Shown: positions 41,255 to 50,230 of the stretch, in pieces
How positions within the stretch are numbered: position 1 is the first letter of the stretch
How the letters are laid out: each line of letters starts with the position of its first letter
Assembly (NCBI GenBank): GCA_965655095.1
Contig: OZ296656.1
Coordinates: forward strand, 16,802,001 to 16,866,000
From: Haplodiscus bocki
Lineage: Eukaryota
DNA length: 64,000 nt
Direction of reading: 5' to 3'
Program-made: the position numbers and the translations under genes
The notes under the pieces: generated by a model
What the model saw: the letters and a program-made list of their open reading frames with translations, nothing else
Databases searched by the model: none
Told to the model about the DNA's origin: nothing

Positions 41255-42131
41255 ACTGTCGATAAAAGTTTTGTTACCTGCCAGCCCACTTTTTCAACCA
41301 ATTGACACAAAGTATAAGCCCATCGGGAGTCCGTCCAATTACACTTTTACAGCAGGGATTATCTTTTGTAAGAACTCTGAAATCGGTGATTAACATCCTA
41401 CAGCCGGCGCATAAGTAAAAATTGGGGGTGGTCGGTTTCAACTGAACCCCAACACGCTTCAGCCGCGGGCGGCCTTAACTTCTGCCGATGACGTTACCCT
41501 TAAGCTTTTGGAGGCAAAATTAGAACGGTTTTAAATGTATTAATGCTTTTACTCGTAAAGAGTATAAAGTTTTTCATGCATCGAAAGGACGCTCAGCAGT
41601 AAGCGTGTACATGCTTTAGCTCTGGACTAAGATGTAATTCGTTTGTGTTGTTAGAGTAGCCTTTCGAAAAAAACGTGTGTACATTGTTTTCAGGCAGATG
41701 AAAGTTTAACCTAAATTAGGTGATTTTGATGTTTGAAATTACGGCTAGGGTTGCCGTAATAACTATGGCTGGGTTTTATTTCTTATGGTGTTTTTTTCAA
41801 AAGTTTTATGGGGTAGTGATAGTTAAGGGTTCTGTTTTTATTGAATTTTCAGGCTTTCTCCATAAACCTAGTTGCTCTTTGGATTTATTTTGAGAAATTA
41901 AGTTGATTTTTGAAGGTTTTGGCGAATTTTAACTACTTAGTGGCGTCTTGAAACTTTTAGTTCAAGACGCTGTTTTTAATTCAATTTTTCATGTCTATTC
42001 ATTTCTTGTGTTTTTTTAGACTTTTTTTTGGCACTGGGTATTTTAGGCTTGGGAATTTTGGGACTTTGTTTCTTTCGGGTTTAATTTTTTTGAGCATAGT
42101 TATCTCGGATTGATTATTTTGTCTCGCCACC
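41255..42131 (-). repeat. Right TIR of element B, ending ttttgtctcgccacc
   Basis: Inverted match to 26790-27610. Degenerate 15-bp array at ~42030-42120. Confidence 0.85.
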
Positions 42132-42310
42132 GGTTGAAACTACAGTACCAATTGAGTGATTGACAGAATTCTAACAATAAAGGAAGCCAAAACATTTGAA
42201 TTGTAATTAAATACTAAATTATTATCATAATTTTGATGCAAAACTTTATTGCTTATTACAGAAACTTGCTTTTGCCATTATAATTACAGTCATCAAAACT
42301 ATTACCACAT

Positions 42311-43599
42311 TTTCAGACCGGCTTGTGCCGTTGAGGCACTAACAGCTGTCGGGGAAGCGGCCACTTCGTGACGTCTTTGCGCTTGTTCATTTCGAAGTTC
42401 TTTCATAAGCTCACAAAGATGAATCAGTTGTTGAGTGAGTTGGTCTGTTACAGCTTCTATTTGACGCGCAACGTCTTGAAATGTGACGGATTCACTCGGC
42501 GATGTCCGATTCTTGGGATCTGAGATCCCCCTAGGAGAATACTCTAGCAAACTTTCGGTCTTAGTGTTAAAATCGGTTTCGTCGAATTCAACCGCGACCG
42601 ATCGTTTCATATTTCAAGGAAAACAGGCTTCGATTAGATAAAAAAATTGATTTTTATAGAGTTAGAGTTAATGTCTTTAAAGAGAGATAGGATGTTGTTA
42701 GAGGTTTTTTCAGAGCAAGAATCAAAAAATTGTTGAGAAAGATGTGTTGCGAGACGTTCTATTTCTCTCTATCGCGGTATTTGTTGGTCTGCTTAAATCC
42801 GCTTTCTGCGTGCTCAATAACTTGCACTAATTGGTCACGTGGTTTCGAGTCTGTCACGTGATCGTGATTCGGGCCCGTGATTGGGTGCTGGTCTTCACAC
42901 TTAGTTTTTTCCAAAAGATTCTAACGATTTTTGCACTTCAATTTGAGCACAATATGTTCATGTCGTTCTTACTGCATCCTAATTAGTTAACTCTTATCAC
43001 GAAATCTCTACTTCCGTAATTGCATCGTTATCTGAATAAATACAATAAAACAGTTGATATCAATCGACTGAAATCAAAATGGCTAGAAACAGAAGAAAAT
43101 ACCATGTTGAGATATTTTTGTTCACGGGATTAATGAATGAGATTGGAAAAAGTTGCTAACACGAATTTCATAGTGCCTTAAGATGTCCTTTTCGAGTAAT
43201 AACTACAATTGGCGTAATTCCATTATCGCGAAAGTTACACCGTGACATAAACAAAGTAGTTTTCACTTGTTGCACTACTAGTAAGAGGTTGATGCAGGAC
43301 ACTGGACGAGAACCAATTGTCGTGATTTGGAACTTTTTTTCCCAAAAAACTACTGTAGGTGATTCACTAGCACTATCGTAGCACAGACTTCGTTATATAG
43401 GACATTAATCGCTTTCATACCAATGGGTAGGAAATAACAGGACATAGTAGCGTTTATACTGCTGTGTTGATATAGAGCTGCATACATTGCGTATGTTTTA
43501 ATTTCTAATGAATAACTTAAAGTCTCATACACATAACATAGGCTGGTTGCATATTCGTAATTATGTAGAGCTTTAATTTTCCTTCATGCTGGTATGACA
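42311..43599 (-). repeat. Gypsy 3' LTR (~1.29 kb)
   Basis: Aligns to 56411-57674. Starts TGTCAT on the minus strand. Confidence 0.92.
42790..42860 (-). promoter_or_regulatory. Putative LTR promoter: two CACGTG E-boxes, CCAAT box and TATA-like element
   Basis: CACGTG at 42836 and 42855 (56912 and 56931 in the 5' LTR), then ccaattag and tttaagca downstream on minus. Conserved in both LTRs and upstream of the LTR-encoded ATG. Confidence 0.45.
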
Positions 43600-43612
43600 T
43601 TCACCTTCTACA
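43600..43612 (-). other. Polypurine tract
   Basis: Minus-strand gtagaaggtgaa immediately precedes TGTCAT of the 3' LTR. Confidence 0.65.
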
Positions 43613-44651
43613 GGTTGAAACAAGAAGTGCAGGCCAATTGTGGAAGAAGGTACCACTTCTCTGGAAGCGGCATGGCCTACGTTAATTGGGGCAAAACTGG
43701 TCCTTCGTTGGTTTTTTTACAGGGTTTCGAAAAAGATTTGGCAGTCCTTCGCTGGGTGTGGTTAAATGACTGTTAATCACAATTTTCCCACATCTCCGCC
43801 ACTGCGGCTTCATCAGGCTCCGTCTTTGGTGAGTTCAAATATTTGATTGACAACCGGAGGTGCCATATTGTCTGTCCTGCAGTGCTATTCTATATTCGGT
43901 AATGTGGTCATCACTTTTCCGACAGGAAATCCTCCATTTTATCGGCAAATCAAATCCTTTCAATTTTTTTCTATCTCAGGGCGCATCATTATTTTTCAAC
44001 TTTTCTTGGCTGTGATGGGATAGTTCCCCGTATCCGAAGGCAGTTTGGCACCGGCTTAAGTAAACTTCATTGGACGCTTGCATATCGTGAACTTGGGAAA
44101 TTGATTTGGATGCAGCCACGTCATGTTTTTGTGCGCTTTATTTACTTGCTTAAAACAAAGTCGAGTCTTTTGATCTTCTCAACTCTCGGCAGTTGATTCG
44201 TGAGTTCACAGTTATTGCGTTGTAGTCCCTCAGTTTTGGTACTTTGCTCTCCACGCCAGCGCGGCACCTTCGATTTCTGTTTGGCGGCAGTGTGGTTTTT
44301 GTCGCGCCATCACAGCGATCTAATTGAATTACTATCGTCTGTCTTTGGGCAAAATTTATCGTTTTCCGCTTACTCTCAAGTAATGAAAATTCGAGAGCTA
44401 TGCGCCAGCTTTTTCCAATCTCATTATTTGTTTAGTTTCTTCAACTGTGTCAGAAGAAAACACTGTGACGGCATTTTTTCCTTTGAATCGGGTGTGCGGG
44501 TCGTGATTGATGACTTATGGCCTGATCAGTCCTTTTGGTCTACGCGTGTCCTGAAACCTTTTGGTTTTCGTTACTCGTACTTTTTGTATTCCAGGGAATT
44601 GTCGTTGACGTTTGTATCAATGTGTGTTTTCAGAATTTTGTTCTGCGAATC

Positions 44652-45611
44652 ATGTTCCGTGGAGATTCTGCTGTTACTCCCTCGGATCCACAAATCCACC
44701 AGTTGATGGAGGATTTTGAGCGAGAGGTGCTCAAGCAGTCACAGTCTTTAATCACGGAGGATTTGCGGAGGACGTTGCTGTATCATTTTGACCCCGAAAA
44801 GACTGATGCTGTTGGACCGAGTGCGCTGCGTGTTGAGCGTGTTCTAGAAGGCGTGTACGTTTGTGACAGTGAGGACGATTCCGTCATGGCTCCCGAAATG
44901 GTGGAAGCCTTGAAACAGCCGCCTTTGTGTTCGTTTTCTTTCCTTATTTTGTAGTGTCATTTCTGTCACGTGCTCTGTGTCCGGTATGTGTCGTGCATTT
45001 CCCTTGTGTCTGTGATTCATTTTCTTCTATTGTTGAAAAGTAATGTGGAGACTGAGGACATCATCAAACACTTTCGGGCTTTGGATCCATTTGAGCCTTG
45101 CTGAGTGGACCCGTTTGGGATATCCAGACAATTGGCGGTAGATCTAAAACGCAGCCTGAGGAGGCTTTTCGGTAAGTTTTAATCTTCTTTCATTCTGTGT
45201 TACCCGTGTGTTTGTGTGCGTGAGAGGGAGCTGTCAATTTTTTTCTCGTCTTGTGTTGTCATCTCTTCCCTCATCTTGTGTGTGTTTTCTTCCAACTCAG
45301 TTCGTCTTCCGTGGTTTCCGTCATCGTATGTTGTGCTTTTATTCCGTCCAGATGGGGTGTTCCAGTTGACGGAATGTCCGTATCAACTCTGGAGACACTG
45401 ATTCAGTCCTGTGTCTTTGACGGGTGGAGCGACGTTGTCACTCATCAGCAGGTGTCAGCTTCTGTTATGCTTTTCAAGTTTGGTGTCTTATCGATTCCAG
45501 TTCCCTGGTTGTCCGTGGAAGTTGCCCTACCAGGAGGGGGCAGAAATTGTCAGCTGCAGAGTCCTCGTGGTCCCTGTGCGGCTAAAGGAAGCAACGTTTG
45601 TAAGAAACTAG
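44652..45611 (+). pseudogene. Antisense three-exon gene of unknown function inside the Gypsy element
   Basis: Exons 44652-44926, 45041-45171 and 45352-45611 join in frame across GT-AG introns (second donor G|gtaagt, acceptor ccag|). Two internal TGA codons. AATAAA at 45680. Confidence 0.6.
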
Positions 45612-45739
45612 ACAAATCATGTTAAGAATGACGAGCGAGGTTAAATTGTGTTACGCTGAAATCTTGACCAACCTAAAAGAATAAAAATAGGGATCTTGAG
45701 CGTTGAAGCTCAGTGAAGGTGTGAGTCTTGTGGTAGCTA

Positions 45740-46275
45740 AAACAAAACATGCTTTGTAAGGAGGTGACATGATTGATTTATGTGACTTTTCTGGTGAAGA
45801 TCCTGCAGCCTCAGTACTTTATCAGGGGCTTGGTGAGCTTGTGGATTGGCTTGCCTTGGAACGAAGCTTGTCAAGGACGGCTTTCCACAGTCTCTCTTTT
45901 GCAAGACGTACCTGAAATTGGTAGCCCGGTGTTGATGAGCTTACATAAACACCGGAAGTCCACTGAGCTGCAGTTTTGTGAGATAAGTTACCGGTTGCAG
46001 TATGACAAGCCACTAGTGAATAAGAACTGCAAGGAGGCGTCAAAGAAACAACGCGAACGAAAGAAGGCTCCGGTGGTCGGCTTGGCTCTTTTGCATCCAG
46101 AATCCAAATTCGCGTTGGTTGTGGCGCAGGTGCTAGACGCCACGAATGAATTGGAGGAAGTAAGTGAAGTGCACTTAGAACGTCGCATGCAGGCGTTAGA
46201 GCTGACAATTCTCGCATGTCAAGTTAATAAATCTTTAGTGTGTATTAATGTGGTGGAAACGTTACATGAGTACAT
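45740..46275 (-). pseudogene. Gypsy accessory cassette 4 (Cys-containing, unknown)
   Basis: Pyrimidine tract and cag acceptor (46388), ATG 46275. ORFs 46219..46446 and 45988..46188 share a frame. Confidence 0.35.
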
Positions 46276-46329
46276 GGTGTGGTTACGTGTTTGCGTTGAT
46301 GTGTTAGTGTTGATTTGACAGTTGAAAAG

Positions 46330-46436
46330 TGATGAAGTGATGATTGTAAAACGTTTAACGTGAGGATAGAGAGGTGATGATGAGGTGCTGATTGTAAAAC
46401 GTTTAACGTGAGGATAGAGAGAGAGAGAGAGAGAGA
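46330..46436. repeat. 48-bp tandem duplication followed by (GA)n
   Basis: tgatga(a/g)gtg(a/c)tgattgtaaaacgtttaacgtgaggatagagag at 46330 and 46378. Confidence 0.9.
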
Positions 46437-46699
46437 CAAAAAACAACGAGAAATTTGGAAAACATAAAAAAAGAAAATGAGAGGTTCGTTTGACGAAGGT
46501 GGGGAGTGGATGTTGTGTCTTTTGGGGTATAGAATTGTTTCGCTGCGTTTTGTTTTAGGGTTTGCTGCTGTATGGCTTGCTTCGGTTGGTGGTGGAGCGT
46601 ATGAAAAACTACCTGTCAGGGACGTTTCCATTTGCTCTCCAAGTGGAATGATCAGGATGCCAGGCGCATGTGGTGCTGGCATGTATTGAGGAGGAAGAC

Positions 46700-47368
46700 A
46701 TCCCGGACTGTGGTCCTTGGCAGTGTCGTTGTTGAGTCAGGATGGTATTAGCATGTGGTGGGTCTGCTTGCTTGTTGGCATTCTTGTGTGCCAGTTGTTA
46801 AAAGTCCAAAAGAGCTGGTGGTAGATGAAGTGGGCTAGCTTTCTGCTCAGTTGACCAGTTCAATTGAGCAAGGCAATACCATGGTCGTGACTCGAGTAGG
46901 TTCAGATTGGCTGCACAATCTCATCTCGGGTGTCAGTCACAGAAAATTCAACGGGGTTGAGTCGTACAGTGTGGCCGACTTTCTATGGCTGAAGAAGGAA
47001 GAATCTCGCACAGCTTCAATGATGATGAAGTTACCAGGATTCAAGGCGGTCAATATGGTTCTGTAATAATATTGGTGATTCGGGTAGTTACCAAAAACGC
47101 AAGTCAAATACATAGAGAGACGAAACGGGGTGGGGAGTGGTCGGTGTACAGACAATTTGACAGGGGATTCCGTGCGTGTAAAAATTGTTATTTAATGTAT
47201 TGTTTGCTTTCCGGACTTTCTGGCTCGACGATTCCTTTTCCGTGGGTTGGAGGCATCTTCATGGAGGTGGTGGATTACTGGGAATCGTTGGTGGAGTTTC
47301 TGGTCGAGAGCAGAGTAACGGTGAATGCGGAGACGTTCACGGGTGTGAGTGTCAACTTTGAACTCCAT
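46700..47368 (-). pseudogene. Gypsy accessory cassette 3 (unknown)
   Basis: Long pyrimidine tract ending tcctcacttcag (acceptor 47418), ATG 47368 (MEFKVDTHTRERLRIHRY...). ORFs 47192..47680 and 46937..47155 share a frame. Confidence 0.45.
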
Positions 47369-47659
47369 GATGACCGACGTTGAGAGCTCGATTTGCGTTG
47401 ATGGCGTTGCAGGAGAACTGAAGTGAGGATAAAGGTGTAAAAGAACGAAGTTTTTATCAAACAAAAAGAGAAAAAAAGACGAGAAGAAACAGACAAAGGG
47501 AAACAATACAGAAAAAGGGTTAACGTGTAGTGTAGATTGGGTTTTCATGTGGTTTGTTGATAAAGAAATTCTGACTGTGCTGAGAATCTTAGGAGTTAAT
47601 GTTTTGAGCGGGAGAGGGTTAGTGTGCTGCGCGCAGTTTGGGTTGAACTTTTGAAGTTT

Positions 47660-48930
47660 GGTTCTTGTTTCAGTTGCCAAAAATTGTCAAAAGATGTTCA
47701 GTAAGACTGCGAACGATCAGTACTCATTGATGGAGTTTGAGCCGGCTGGATTGGTCCATACAATGATGGTCGTCGATCCTGCTTGTATTCCCCGTCGTTT
47801 CAACTTGGGCGGTCTTTTGCGGCCATGGAAGTTCCCACTGAAGGATGTGTTAGAATGTGGGCTGGCTCGTAATTTGAGTCAGTACTTCGGGTTCAGTGGC
47901 AGTGTGTTGATGCAGCATTTCTACAACATTGCCTGTTATTGTATCCGGTGTATTGTGATTGGAGTCGGGAATGTAAGGACGGAGCGAGCTAAAAAGTGGC
48001 CAAATCTGGAGCTTTTATGTCCTGCTCTTGTTCGGCACGCGAATCCTGATTGGTTGGTCGATATGGTTCTCCACTTTGGGATCGCGTTGGCTGCGGAGGC
48101 GTCTTGACTGACTTGGAATTTAGGAATTTGGTTTATCGGCACTTGAAATGCAGCGAGCAGCTGAAACACCATTGTTGGACTGACGTGTCGGTGCCAATCG
48201 TGAACAGTGTCCTGCGGTTCTGTTTCGGGTTACCCAGTTGGAACAATTTCCCGGTGCTGCAAAAAGCGGTACAGATTATGTTGGTTTCATCGACCAGTTG
48301 CTGTTATAGCCAGGACTTTCTTGACGAAAACTCCAGCGCTAGTTCATAAAACGGGGTGGTGGGCGCTGTCAAATCCCTACGGAGCTGTTTTGGTCATCAT
48401 GGCGTGTCATCAAGTTACCTGTTAGACTGTGGTAAAATAGCAGGTTGCAAAGAATCCCTGTCCAGGTATACACGCCTTGATGATCCGTTGATGACTTCAC
48501 GGTGGCGGGCGTCTCTCAGTGCGAAGTCGGGGGTCTTTGGTGGCCTGGTGTTGTATACTTGAGTGCGGATGAGCATATCTCGAAATGTTTGCGAGTGTAC
48601 AGCACCAAACAGTCGAAACGGAGTGGAGAACCGTGCAATCTGCGGGTATCACCTGCTAGCAAGAAGGTAAAGAAGACAAGGAAGGCAACTCTTCGCGAGA
48701 CTGATGCTGTGGCGAGTTCGTCAGTAGCATCACCTTGTCCTCAAAGCAGTGTTTTAATGGCTGTCGACAGGTTTAGTGAAGACTCTTTGGTTGTTTTGCG
48801 GTGGAAACAAAAATATTCTAACATGGCCTGTGACGTCAAAGACTTATGAACGTGTGAACTTCAGCAGAAACTAATTAACTTGAGACTTTTGATTGCATTG
48901 TTTTTCGCTCTGTTTGCCATTACCATTCAT
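47660..48930 (-). pseudogene. Gypsy accessory cassette 2 (unknown)
   Basis: Pyrimidine tract ending tctttttcag (acceptor 48975), ATG 48930. Stop-interrupted protein-like text, e.g. FSTPFRLFGAVHSQTFRDMLIRTQVYN. Confidence 0.38.
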
Positions 48931-49336
48931 TCTTTTGTAGTCAGTGAAGTGTTTGCTGCAGTTGCTAGTGACTGCTGAAAAAGAAAAAAAACCAGTGAAA
49001 AGGAAGAAAAACGGAAAAAGAATCATGGTAAACCCAAGTGAATGCTTCACTAGGGGCGCTTTGGGAGAAAAAGAACTTATGTGAAAACAGAGCAAGAGGG
49101 CAAAAAATGGGCGACTGAACTCTTTTTTTCTCATGACGATTTCTTCTTCTTTTGTGGGTGTTATTCGAGGTTGACAGAAACTGTTAGTTTCTAGGGTGGT
49201 AAGTTACATATTAACAGAAATATATACATGACTTCTTGAGGTGGGTCTTTGCTAGACAGGAGGTGAAACTTCGGTTTCTGGGGTTGACCAATTGGTACTT
49301 CAGTGCTCTGTAAAAGTAAAAACCTTATAATTGACG

Positions 49337-50133
49337 TTATGCAGCTTTTCCTTCGTTTCTTAAGAGACAAAGTATAGAGAGTCTTGCACGCTTCGATGTT
49401 GGGTGGATGGTAGTAATATGGTAGTGTGTAGGACAACTCGGGGGTGGTAGTCCAATGTTTTTGCAGTTTTTTTGGGATTTACGTGCGAGGTTGCTTTTTG
49501 ATGAGGTTTTTTGTGGACTGTTTACAGGTAGAGAGCTCAGCAACTGAGCTTTTCGAGTTTTCTTAGCCTGAGAGCTAAGATGTTTTGTAGGCTGACTTGA
49601 GACTGTTTTGTGCCTTGTGATTGCAATATTGTAGTTTGTTGGTAGGAGCGTGCTAATAAAACTGTCCAATGCAGTGTTATGTGCGTGTGGGAGTGGTAGA
49701 GTACACATTTGATGACTGGGAGCCTAGTGACTGCTGTTTAATTTGTCAGTTGGATGTGTAGCAGACCTAGATTAGACCTGAGTGAAAATTTGATATGCTT
49801 GATCTCGCGAGCGGTACCATCAGCATGTTTGTGTTGGTGGTGTATAGCAAACTTAGTTTGGTCTGCTCTGATGGGAAGGGAGCAGTTTATGATGAATATG
49901 GTTAAGTAGCGTGATTTCATGTAGTTGTGGTTGGTTTGTGAAGAATGTTTCTAAGTTCACTCCTATGTGAAAGTGTAATTGCCCAGTGCTGGAATGGTGG
50001 ATGTAATGTGGGCACAACGAAGTAAGTCAGTGTAAAGCGTCTTGCAAGACTAAATTATGTGTTTCAAGCGTTGTGTGATGGTGTCTTTTTGAACTGATTT
50101 TTGATCGATGCGAACGCACGCTTGGTAGTGCAT
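49337..50133 (-). pseudogene. Gypsy accessory cassette 1 (unknown; not recognisably env)
   Basis: cctcctgatttcag|ATG at 50133, in frame with ORF 49738..49920. Confidence 0.38.
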
Positions 50134-50230
50134 CTGAAATCAGGAGGAATGAAGACTTCGCGTAATGCGGGTCTCAAGCATCAACATCGTCACAGTTGAC
50201 TCTCTAGCGTTAACTTGTGTGTCATGATGC

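Larger units (their letters stand above)
26790..42131. mobile_element. Polinton/Maverick (adintovirus-like) element B, decayed, bounded by TIRs (~15.3 kb)
   Basis: Long inverted repeats at both ends enclose pPolB, integrase and minor capsid (+) and ATPase and major capsid (-). No clean TSD seen. Confidence 0.88.

Noticed and set aside
41932-41937. ACTACT as the canonical Polinton right terminus
   Set aside because: No AGTAGT at the matching left position, and homology with the 57950-58218 copy runs through it. Kept only as an alternative hypothesis.
45773-46318. 181-aa + strand ORF
   Set aside because: Non-ATG start, downstream of the antisense gene's AATAAA and overlapping minus cassette 4. 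Probably a shadow ORF, though not excluded.
43613-50230. env gene after pol
   Set aside because: No signal peptide, furin site/fusion peptide or TM anchor recognisable in the sense-strand remnants.
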